A stretch of DNA of 64,000 bases, taken from contig NC_043004.1 in assembly GCF_006345805.1 (NCBI RefSeq), positions 98,456,001-98,520,000 of the forward strand, written 5' to 3'. Below the pieces are notes generated by a model. That model saw only the letters and a program-made list of their open reading frames with translations. It searched no databases and was not told the DNA's origin. Below are positions 39,503 to 50,696 of this stretch, piece after piece. The stretch's first letter is position 1; every line of letters begins with the position of its first letter. The position numbers and the translations under genes were made by a program. The stretch comes from Octopus sinensis (taxonomy: Eukaryota).

Positions 39503-39543
39503 TATATTAACACGCACACACATATTATATGTGTGTGGTGTAT

Positions 39544-39670
39544 AAGACAAACAGATGTATTAGTATAACGCTCAGGAATAGAAAAAGTCTTTTACGTTTG
39601 GAGCCTTAGGTCTTCCACAGAAAGGAACACAAAAAAAAAACAAGGAGAGAAAAAAATATGTGTAGTGGCT
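39544..39670 (-). mobile_element. Second H2 pLTR-like copy, inverted, with decayed hammerhead
   Basis: Reverse complement matches 38909-39035; core reads CUGugGA-AGAcCUAAGGCUC-cAAACGUA. Confidence 0.75.
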
Positions 39671-39724
39671 ACCGATCTATCATAGCAACTATATAAACAT
39701 ATATAAAGGTACTTATGTCAGTAT

Positions 39725-40052
39725 GTGCATTTAAAAGAAAGGACCTCCTTTGGGTATTGCACCTAGAATGTTTCCCTCCAAGGTGCAAGTCTGTATAAGG
39801 TTGTTTGTGGGAGGTCAGCAGCTGTCCATACATGCCAGTTTCCTCTCTCCACACAACCAATGTTGCCCAAAGGAAAGGCAGAGACCAATACAGCTTGGAA
39901 CCAGTAACATTGCAACTAGTTCTAAAGCTGAGTGAATTGGAGGAAAGTGAAATAAAGTGTCTTGCTCAAGAACACAACAAGCCTGGGAACTGAACTCAGA
40001 ATTTCATTATTGTAAAAACCAATGCTTTAATCACTGAGCCATGTGCCCTCAT
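39725..40052 (-). mobile_element. SINE family E
   Basis: Minus-strand head gagggcacatggctcagtgattaaagc...gagttcagttccc; body shared with 27680-27990. Confidence 0.7.
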
Positions 40053-40659
40053 AACTGTGTACATACATACATATGAATACACACGCACATACATACGGAT
40101 ATATATCATACTTTTCAAGAAGTTGGATGTCTATGGCTTCGAAGTTACTGTCACTTCTCTTCTTGTAAAAGTATAATAAATAAGTGCTCTGCAAAATCTA
40201 TAGGATAATTCTTCAGGTTAATATTAAACTCATTTTGCTATGGTTCAACAGCAATATATACATATTTATACATGCATACATACATACATACATACATAAA
40301 TATATATATGAGTGTGTGTATGTTTATACACAGAAACATATACACACATATATATATAAGTATATTTGATGTCCTTCTATGCAGTTTCTGTCTACCAATT
40401 CCATGCAGAAGTCATTGGCTGACTTCAGGCAAAATGAGAAGATACTTGGTCAATATATATCATAGGATTATATTCAGTTTAATAACAATAAAGTAACTAT
40501 AAAATATTAATACTGTATAATAATATCCACTATAAATTACTCATAAACGTAGGTATATAATTGTGTGTACGTATGTATATATAGCAATGTGCACACTCAC
40601 ACACACATATACATATATACACATACATTTATGCATGCGTATATACATGTGTGCTTTCG

Positions 40660-40697
<38 letters not shown>

Positions 40698-41538
40698 TAT
40701 ATATATGTATGTATGTATGTATATATATATACGTATGTGTGTGTGTGTGTGTTTGTGCATGTGTGTAGAATCATAGATATGTAAACATATACATAAATAT
40801 ATGCATATTTTAAATAGATATCACTGAATATATATTTTTTTCTCTCGCTCTCTCTCTCTCTGTAAGTACGTGTCTAAGTATTTATGTATGTGTGTGTATG
40901 TTTATATATGTATATATGCTTGTGTGTTTTATTATCTTGCTCCCAGTTAAATATTAGAACATCTATTTGAAGGCTGTCATACTTGTTTTCCAGATTGATA
41001 GTTTAATGCCAATTTGCTTTTTGACCTACACCCTACAATCATACATCACCCTTTGATGCCCTATATGGAAAAATAAACGATATCTGACTACATCCTTGTA
41101 TTAGCCTCTTCATATGTTCATCTCAAAACAATTAAAGAAAAATATAGAAACATTCTTTTGTGGGAAAATATAGAAAAACCATCTCATAAAATGTCTATCA
41201 GTGTAGACATTATATTTCAGACATTTTGTATTATTCTACCATTTGTCTCAGTTCTTTTCTTCATGGCTGACTGAAACTTGCATCCAGTAAGTAGCGCCAT
41301 GTGTCCAGTTGCCAATTATTATTCTTAGCTTTTATTCCAAAGACATAATTGCCATGTAGCTTCCCTACTTCTGCAACCTTTCTTCTCACTCATTCTTTCT
41401 CCTTTTGTAAGTCTTTATTTATTCATCATACCCTCTGTTAATTTGTGATGCCATGACTGCTTAAGTAATTTATATTTTTCATTGTTAGGTTGTTTCAAAC
41501 CTAAGTCAAATTGAAATGAATACTAAATATCCTGCTAA

Positions 41539-41595
<57 letters not shown>

Positions 41596-41609
41596 ATATA
41601 TATATAATA

Positions 41610-41651
<42 letters not shown>

Positions 41652-41945
41652 GCATAAATACATACATGCATATATTCATACATACACATGAAGATATATA
41701 GACAGATAGACAAACAGACAGACAGACAGATAAATAGAAAGGGTAAAACCAGTAAAGACAACTATCTCTGACCGCCTACTACGTATTCTCTGTACTTCAC
41801 ATACTTCTCTTTACTTATAGTGACTAGGTTATTCCATTCGTCATGTAGGAGGGGTGTACCTGTAACATCTCACCTTTTGAGTTTTTCTTATGAAGTGTCA
41901 TTTTATTTAGCAATAATTGTTTTTATTTGCTCCACCTCCTATTTT

Positions 41946-42118
41946 TAGGCGTAGGAGTTACTATGTGGTAAGAAGTGTGCATACAAATCACATGGTCCAA
42001 GGTTCAGTCCCACTGCGTGGCACCTTGGGCAAGTGTCTTCTACTATAGCCTCGGGCCGACCAAAGCCTTGTAAGTGGACTTGGTAGACGAAAACTGAAAG
42101 AAGCTCATCGTATATGTG

Positions 42119-42195
<77 letters not shown>

Positions 42196-42407
42196 ATATA
42201 TGCATGTATGTGTTTGTCCCCCTAACATCGCTTGACAACCGATGCTGGTGTGTTTACACCCCCGTAACTTAGCAGTTCGGCAAAAGAGACCAATAAAATA
42301 AGTACTAGGCTTACAAAGAATAAGTCCTGGAGTCGATTTGCTCGACTAAAGGTGGTGCTCCAGCATGGCCACAGTCAAATAACTGAAACAAGTAAAAGAG
42401 TAAAAGA
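41946..42407 (+). mobile_element. SINE family A nested in the Gypsy element
   Basis: Full length. Confidence 0.9.
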
Positions 42408-42409
42408 AT

Positions 42410-42720
42410 TCATTTATTGTGTCATTAAATTTTATGTCTGAAGTTTTTTGGGGGAGTACAACATAATTACTGTATTGTTCACATTCTGTTGCTGCCAGTT
42501 TTCTCAACATTAAGTGTGCTTCCATCTCATCGTCCCAATCTTTACATTCTTTATTGAAGATTTCCTCATATTTTCTGAAGAATTTTTCGAAGGTAACTCC
42601 TTTTTCTGATTCATATTTGAGCTCTGTAATGGAGCTCGTGACAATCTGATGAGAACACTTTTTCTGACTTTCCTGACAACTTTAGTAATTGCAGCATTTG
42701 TTGCTGTAATATTATATGTT
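42410..42720 (-). pseudogene. Gypsy gag N-terminal domain remnant (continues at about 43165-43283)
   Basis: SITELKYESEKGVTFEKFFRKYEEIFNKECKDWDDEMEAHLMLRKLAATECEQYSNYVVLPQK resembles the Mag/K02A2.6-type gag motif F.YDPE.G.TF..WF.RYED.F...LLLRKL. Confidence 0.75.
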
Positions 42721-42725
42721 GTGTT

Positions 42726-43164
42726 TAGGAGCAAGAGTGGCTGTGTGGTAAGTAGTTTGCTTACCAACCACATGGTTCCGGGTTCAGTCCCACTGCATGG
42801 CACCTTGGGCAAGTGTCTTCTACTATAGCCTTGGGCCAACCAAAGTCTTGTGAGTGGATTTGGTAGACGGAAACTGAAAGAAGCCCGTCATATGTCTGTA
42901 CATACATATATATATATGTACAGACATATGTGTGTGTATATGTTTGTGTGTCTGTGTTTGTCCCCCCAACATCGCTTGACAATCGATGCTGGTGTGTTTA
43001 TGTCTCCATAACTTAGCATTTCAGCAAAAGAGACCGATAGAATAAGTACTAGGCTTACAAAGAATAAGTCCTGGGGTCGAATTGGTTCAATTAAAGGCGG
43101 TGCTCCAGCATGGCTGCAGTCAAATGACTGGAACAAGTAAAAGAATATAGTAAAAGAATAAAGA
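42726..43164 (+). mobile_element. SINE family A splitting gag
   Basis: Full length; gag residues on both sides. Confidence 0.9.
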
Positions 43165-43639
43165 ACGTTGTTGTTGTTGTTGCTTCTGTTGTTGTTCTTG
43201 CAGTTTGTATCTGCTGTTGTTGTTCTCTCAGCTGTTGCCATTTTTGCAACACGAGCAAGCATACCTGCCAACAAATTTTCCATACTTTTATGATTTTTTC
43301 ATAAAATTCATACCCCAACTTTGTGAGTTAATCAACTCCACATGAGTTGTTTAAATCCTCAACGAATTTATTATTTCCTCATGAATCGTTTAAATCATCA
43401 TCCCCACTGGTATATCCTTATAACATTGGATCGTTATAACATCCACTTCAGTATAAAGTATATTTAGTAAAACCAATAAAGACATGACTATTTCTGACCA
43501 CCTACTACGTACTCCCCATACTTCACTTACTTCTCTTTACTTATAGTGACTAGGTTATTCCATTGGTCACGTGGGAGGGGTGTACCATTATTACTAATTC
43601 CTTACCACACATACACACACATGCACAAATACTTCCCAA

Positions 43640-43892
43640 CTTCCCGACTGGCGGAAACGCGCAGGTGGGCAGCTAAAGACCAGAGTTACGACGACCAAGG
43701 AGGACCTCTCCGTGCTCATGGGACCGCAGGTGGTCGACCTGCACCGATGGAACCGTGACAGGCTTGCTATTTCCAGTTAACTGGCGCAGGACCATCGTGC
43801 ATGGGCTGCCATGGTTCGAGATGCCCCGAGGGTGGTAGAAGAAGCCGACTCAACCAGCCCAGGGTGAATGTCGCCACAAGTACAAGTAAGTA
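43640..43892 (+). mobile_element. RTE-clade LINE 3' end with (CAAGTA)n tail
   Basis: LPDWRKRAGGQLKTRVTTTKEDL...WNRDRLAISS*LAQDHRAWAAMVRDA...STSPG*, then acaagtacaagtaagta. Confidence 0.8.
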
Positions 43893-44624
43893 CACAAACA
43901 CACATATACACATACACACACACACACACGTGCATATATATGGCTTCTTTTACTTTCTGTCAATCAAACCCACTTACACGGTTTCATTGGCCAAGGACCA
44001 AAGTAAAAGATACTTGTCCAAGGCTTTGTGCAGTAGAACTGAACCAAGAACAATGTGATTTGGTTCTTACCACACAGCCATTCCTGTACATATATTTATA
44101 TGTTTCCTTACAGTAATTACCATTCTGATACAGCTGTATTCCCAATCCTCGTCCTGATTCCTCCTAACACCCAGTTCTTAGTTTCCTAACCTAAATTATC
44201 CGCTGAAAACATTTAATTCCAAAACTGAACTTTGCCTTCACAAAACAACTTAATATCTCACCTCTGGTGTGTAGATATAAAAACAAAAAACCAATTTTAT
44301 ATGCATCAATAATTATTGCTTTCATTAACAACATTCAATACCATTCAATACCAGGTCTATTAACATTATTCCACATTCATACACACGACATACGACAAGC
44401 TGACATTTTATCCTCTCCAGCCTCAATTTTTTTTCTATTTGATTATCCTAATCACTAAACCAAACTCTCAGCCTTACAAACCACATCCACCTCTCAGGTA
44501 AAACACACCTACCATTCTAAAAGCACCACCTTCAAGTAAATACTTTTAAAATTAGAAATGATACGCCCATCATATAGACAACCTCTCATGCACCACCACA
44601 CTTATGAACAATATATTTATAATA

Positions 44625-44850
44625 CCTATTTCTTTATTACCCACAAGGGGCTAAACATTGAGGGGATAAACAAGGACAGACACAGCTATTAAGTTGATTA
44701 CATTGTCCCCAGTACGTAGCTGGTACTTAATTTATCGACCCCGAAAGGATGAAAGACAAAGTCGACCTCGGCATAATTTGAACTCACAACGTAACGGCAG
44801 CCGAAATACCGCTAAACATTTCGCCCGGTGTGCTAACATTTCTGCCTGGA
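44625..44850 (-). mobile_element. SINE family B (B1 tail)
   Basis: Reverse complement of family B. Confidence 0.85.
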
Positions 44851-45454
44851 AATATATTTCGAAAATATATTTATAATACCTGTTTGAGAAGAATCTCTCA
44901 GTCTGAGAATTCCCAATGAAGGCACTTGTATTTATGGTTAAGGTATTTATGTCATGATCATATGGTTGTGCATTCAATTCTTGGAGCCTGCAGCATTTTG
45001 TGTCCTCAAGTAAGGAAAAATTATTTTTATGTTGTGCCCCCACACTCAGTCCATACTGTCAGACCTGCCTCACCACTCAACTTCATAAATATAAATACTT
45101 TCTTCTTCACTGATTAAACCATTTAAAAATTTGCCTTTTTATATTTTGTGTACATACCCAACAAGATTAATTCTTCCTCATGTTCATCTTAAGCAGAGAA
45201 AATAAAGAAACAACGAAAATATGGAGACATTTAAATTGACTAAACTTTCTTGGAAAAGTGAAGCTCATATATGCCTCTTAAAATACGTTCATAAATCTGT
45301 GTGCAAGATAGTGTAACAGTCCATAGCTGGTTACGATCTCTATTACAACATAAATGCAGTATTAATTTCTTATATGTAGATATGAAAAAGTAGATGCTTC
45401 CATAAGTTGACGAACTTTGATTTACCACTATGTGGTTCTTGGCTCAATCTTTTT

Positions 45455-45932
45455 GGATGTTGGGTGGGGGACAAACACAGACACACAAACACATACACAC
45501 ACACATACATATATATACATATATAAGGCGGCGAACTGGCAGAAACGTTAGCACACCGGGCGAAATGCTAAGCGGTATTTCATCTGCCGCTACGTTCTGA
45601 GTTCAAATTCCGCCGAGGTCGACTTTGCCTTTCATCCATTCGGGGTCGATTAAATAAGTACCAGTTATGCACTGGGGTCGATGCAATCGACTTTATCCCT
45701 TTGTCTGTCCTTGTTTGTCCCCTCTATGTTTAGCCCCTTGTGGGTAGTAAAGAAATATATATATACATATATACGATGAGCTTCTTTCAATTTCTGTCTA
45801 CCAAATCCACTCACAAGGCTTTGATTGGCCCAAGGCTATGGTAGAAGACACTTGCCCAATGTGCCATGCAGTGGGGCTGAACCCGGAACTATGTGGTTCG
45901 TAAGCAAGCTACTTACCACACAGCCACTCCTA
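45455..45932 (-). mobile_element. SINE family A interrupted by SINE B
   Basis: Head at 45770-45932 and body remnant at 45455-45525. Confidence 0.8.
45527..45757 (+). mobile_element. SINE family B inserted in the SINE A microsatellite
   Basis: Full length; atatatatacatatat on both sides (TSD-like). Confidence 0.9.
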
Positions 45933-46960
45933 CTCTTTGATAATTATCTTCTGTTATAGCTTTTGAGTAAATGCCTTGTGAATGAAATTTGATTGACAGT
46001 GATTATGCAAAAAATCTATCATACATATACATATATATCATCATCATTATCATCATCAAGATAATTTCATATCTATTTTCCATGTAGGCATGGGTTGGAC
46101 GATATGTATATATGATGAGTTCATTTGTTTGCATGTATGTGTGTAAGTCCGAGAAATAGATTTTAGTTCTTTCAGTTAAGAAAACATATCATAGCTATTC
46201 CCTTAACAGATATTGATAACATGAATACCATGTGAACTGTTCTGAGGCGAAAACCTGTAAAAGGATAAATGAAAATCATTTCTAATGATACATAAGCTGA
46301 TCTTGTTCATTCACTTATTGCCATTTGTATACATTCAGTTTATATACTCTAGCTACTGAGAAACATATATACAGAGAAACAGGAATAATAAGTGGGGAGA
46401 AGAGAGGAGGATTAGGAGAGGTGGAGACAAAGGAATGACATGGGGTAAAGAGAGAATTGACATTCTTAGCTTTGAAGAGGTCTAAGTTGAATGAAGTCCT
46501 ACTTGGTAAGGAAAAAGAAAAAGAAAAACAATGAATTTGAGATCCACATGCCCTTTCATTTTTAGTAGGGGTTATATATGTCAACTACAAATTGGGGTTA
46601 CATACTCATTTTTATAAGAAAATAATTCATAAGTTCTGTGGTATATCGTCTTGTTATTTTCCTGGTAAACAATGTACAATGTATCATGTCATTATCTCAA
46701 AACAAAACAAAATATTATAAGTGCGATGCCAAGTTTGGTGCCACAAACAGTGGTGGGGAAGGAGGCTGAGAGATACAATGTTAGGATTAAATGATGTGTA
46801 TTGATGGAACAATAAATTGAAGATGAAGAATGGAGGAAAAGTGAAAGCAAATATAATTATAGAGCACAAAGACGGGTTAGAGTATACGAAATTGAATGAC
46901 CTTCTATGTACAGTTGTACACCAATAGTCTTGCAAGTATATACATACATACATACCTACT

Positions 46961-47017
<57 letters not shown>

Positions 47018-47146
47018 ATATATATGTATATATATATATATATACATTCATAAATGAGGGTGAAAAATTAGGTATTAATTTAATAATACCGTCAGTTTAA
47101 CACCAAGTGGCCTAGCACATAAAAAACCAGGGAGACAGTACAAATT

Positions 47147-47777
47147 TATACATAAATATAAGAGAGTTAACGTTAAGTGGTTAACTCTAGTGCTAGAAAT
47201 AACTCCTTATTCTGGTATAGCCACCGAAGTTGTTTCCACAGAAGAAATAACATTACCTTCAACGTAAGGGAAGCGAAATACAACGAAAAGATAGATTAAT
47301 GCTGAACAATTGTTTCTTTATCAACATAATATGCAATTATACTCACATATTTGTCTATAAGTCATCGGCAGCATTTGTCCTCGATACAATTTATCAGACC
47401 CTTAAATATGCTGCAGCAAATATTGTATGCGGTATTGGTTTCCACTGAGTCTTAGCATGCTTTTGGCGGGAGGCTAAACCACAACTATGTATGCAATCGA
47501 TCAGACCGCATGGGTATTTATCGCCCGTGAGGGTCTGATAAATTGTATCGAGGACAAATGCTGCCGATGACTTATAGACAAATATGTGAGTATAATTGCA
47601 TATTATGTTGATAAAGAAACAATTGTTCAGCATTAATCTATCTTTTCGTTGTATTTCGCTTCCCTTACGTTGAAGGTAATATTATTTCTTCTGTGGAAAC
47701 AACTTCGGTGGCTATACCAGAATAAGGAGCTATTTCTAGCACTAGAGTTAACCACTTAACGTTAACTCACTTATATT

Positions 47778-47785
<8 letters not shown>
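47147..47785. mobile_element. Foldback/MITE-like element with ~256-bp near-perfect inverted arms
   Basis: 47147-47402 versus 47530-47785 are reverse complements with about 3 mismatches by eye; 127-bp spacer; TA-rich ends. Confidence 0.92.
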
Positions 47786-47826
<41 letters not shown>

Positions 47827-47827
<1 letters not shown>

Positions 47828-47997
47828 AAGTTAATCCAAACATTAAAACACAAAGAGAAAACACAACAACGCAAGGACGTGGAACAAATATAGTATTATT
47901 GGACGCTCAGAAAGGAAGAGAAGAAGGAGAGTTTAACGTTTCGAGCGGAGCTCTTCGTCAGAAACATGGGAAAAGGAAAGATCCAGAGAAGAGAAGA
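47827..47997 (-). mobile_element. Short PLE pLTR-like element (family H1) in (TA)n
   Basis: Homologous to 54796-54965; ends ggattaacttt|(ta)n. Confidence 0.8.
47931..47965 (-). ncRNA. Minimal type-I hammerhead ribozyme, intact core
   Basis: GUUU-CUGACGA-A-GAGC-UCC-GCUC-GAAA-CG-UU-AAAC; helix I 4 bp, helix II 4 bp, palindromic AACGUU helix III; predicted cut between 47935 and 47934. Confidence 0.8.
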
Positions 47998-48041
47998 CAT
48001 ATATATATACATATATACGTAGTATGTATATGTATGCAAGT

Positions 48042-48101
<60 letters not shown>

Positions 48102-48174
48102 ATACTTATATATACGTGAGGGGGCAGTTCATAAATGTAGCACAAGAATGAGTGAGAGGTGAGAAATAAAATTG

Positions 48175-48580
48175 AGACAGTTATTGAGTATGTAGACTTG
48201 TGGCATACATAGCTTGAGGTTCAAGACATGGATCCTGAAATTGTGAAGAGAATAAGGGCAAGAGGAAATACATTTTATCGCAATTAAAGATGTGCTCAAA
48301 GAAAATGTGGACAAGAATCTATGTGCCACCCTTTTCAATAGTGCCATCCTACCTGTCCTCTTATAGGCAACTACAAATAGAGAAGGGCATCAATTAGCTA
48401 TGATGCAAAGGTCCATGAAAAGATCCATGTAAGAACATTGTTGTGAGAGCATTTTCGAAATGAGGCAATGCTAGAACAAAGTAGAGTGAGTGACATGATC
48501 ATGGAAAACTGAAAGTCTGAGTTTCGTTAGACTAAGACATGTGGTAAAGTTCTCAAACGACAGGTGGTCCCATGGAAAAA
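48175..48580 (+). pseudogene. RTE-clade LINE RT C-terminal remnant
   Basis: VIEYVDLW..DMDPEIVKRIRA...LFNSAILPVLL*...HFRNEAM...HVVKFSNDRWS. Confidence 0.75.
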
Positions 48581-49203
48581 CAAAAATTCAATGAGCGTCC
48601 ACTACACATCTTTACTCTAGGTATAACAGCTGGGAACTGATGTGCCTACAGGCATGAATATTTTCGTGCATGAACAAGAAGAGTGGCGTCACCTGCCGCC
48701 CAAAGGATTTTTCCCACGTGACAACAATTTTGGCAGGAAAAATAAAGTCAGATGCTTTTTGAACACACCTTGGAAAATCATCTTCATTTAAGGACTGTAT
48801 TCGATGCTGACATGGCATGATCAGTTTAACTGGATCCATCAAGTTATAAGGTTATGGTCAACTCCATTGTCAACTTTGGTATAGTTTGTATGGTTGGAGG
48901 TCCTTCCTAACGCCAATAATTTGACAGGGGGTAATTGGAGCTGTTTTTTGTGCTTCCAACTTTATTAAGGTTGCTATATAACTTGCAAGACAGAAAAAGA
49001 AGAAGAAATTGGAAAAAGCTCCCACTACTAAGAGTAGTATTATTTATTAAGGAGGTGGTGTGTGGCTTTATGCCAGCTGCTGAAATGTTTATTTCTCCAT
49101 CATATTTTCGTAATCTAGAGGGACAAGCACAGGTGTCTTGCTACAGAGGAGATCTTTGTCAGAAGGTGATGAAAAGAAGCTATTCATATACATACTTTCA
49201 TAT

Positions 49204-49235
<32 letters not shown>

Positions 49236-49689
49236 GTATGTGTTCATTTTTAGTATATGCAGCTATGTATATGTATTTATACAATACATGTGTGTGTGTG
49301 TGAATACTTTCATTCATGTATTTTCAATAACTCTAGTTTCATCTCTCAAGATCTGAACATTTCTTTTGCAGTTTCTCTTAATGAACTTTGGCAGGTTAAC
49401 TACCTCTGATTATGACGAAAGATGAATATTGATGATGCTTCACTAAATTTAAATGTCTCATGAGTTGACTGTCATCAACAGGTTTAGATTCTCCTGTTCA
49501 TCAGTAAAGTTTATAGTTGGACAGATATATTTATGTATCAAGTTATTTTCTGGCAAATTACACTACATAATGTATATAGTTTGAAAACAGTAGTTTTATG
49601 AAGCAATTTTGCAGCTACCAGCATCAGATTCGTTTTAATACATTTTGTCAAATAACTTTAAATATGTGTGTGTGTATACACACTTACAT

Positions 49690-49720
<31 letters not shown>

Positions 49721-49810
49721 CACACACATATATATATATGTATGTATGTGTATATATATTTACACACACATATCTATCTATCTATCTTTCTTTCTATCTA
49801 TCTATCTATC

Positions 49811-49845
<35 letters not shown>

Positions 49846-49852
49846 TATATAT

Positions 49853-50022
49853 ATAGGCGCAGGAGTGGCTGTGTGGTAAATAGCTTGTTACCAACCACAT
49901 GGTTCTGTGTTCAGTCCACTGCGTGGCACCTTGGGAAGTGTCTTCTACTATAGCCTCGGGCTGACCAAAGCCTTGTGAGTGGATTTGGTAGACGGAAACT
50001 GAAACAAGTAAATGAGTAAAAG
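49853..50022 (+). mobile_element. SINE family A internal-deletion derivative
   Basis: Head joined directly to tail at the shared actgaaa. Confidence 0.8.
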
Positions 50023-50324
50023 ATGTATATATATATGCAACCTTCGACAGAGTAACAGTCATATATACAGCTTGAACAGACACACATATCAGTACATAAA
50101 CATACGTTCACATGTACATACACATATACACACACAGACATGTCTACACACTTACATACCGAAATACCTACATACATACATAGTACATATGTACATGTAT
50201 ATAAGCATGCCCACATGCTTACGCATCTACACATATGCATATTCTTTCGTGCATACATACATACGTACATACATGCATACTTACATGTACACATACATAC
50301 ATACAAACATACATATATACATAC

Positions 50325-50510
50325 ATCACCATGATCACCGTGACCGACCAGGCTATCAGATGTTGCTACACATCGCTGGTCACAATGCGCTTTGCATTGT
50401 TTTTTAGCCTTCAAATGATGCCACCTCGCTGGCTAAGCGAGCAGGCCGACAGAAGAAGGAGTGAGAGAAAGTTGTGGCAAAAGAGTACAGCAGGGATCGC
50501 CACCACCCTC
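50325..50510 (-). mobile_element. SINE family C-related 3' part
   Basis: Reverse complement ggtggtggcgatccctgctgtactcttttgccacaactttc matches 9620-9663. Confidence 0.7.
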
Positions 50511-50696
50511 TATATTTACATATATATCATAAACTAAATGTTACTTTCCCAGATGCAGCATGGAGTTTTGTCAGTGAACAGGTTGCGGTCTCAAAGCAAT
50601 GAAAATATGTTGACAAATTAAATTTAAAATGGTGAAGTGAATGTAACGGTTTTTGAGTCTTTTTAAATGGCTTATAAACACCTTCCATGCTGCAAC

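Larger units (their letters stand above)
41743..43597 (-). mobile_element. Internally deleted Ty3/Gypsy LTR retrotransposon
   Basis: 5' LTR about 43408-43597 ending ..ATACCA; PBS-like TGGGGATGATGATTT (43406-43392); gag remnant; PPT aaaaggtgaga (41878-41868) then TGTTAC start of the 3' LTR (41867-41743); the two LTRs align. Confidence 0.75.

Noticed and set aside
46229-46254. Possible 26-nt minus-strand micro-exon (tttatccttttacag|GTTTTCGCCTCAGAACAGTTCACATG|gtattc)
   Set aside because: Good acceptor but weak donor, no neighbouring exons identified, and such matches arise by chance; spliced RNA-seq would be needed.
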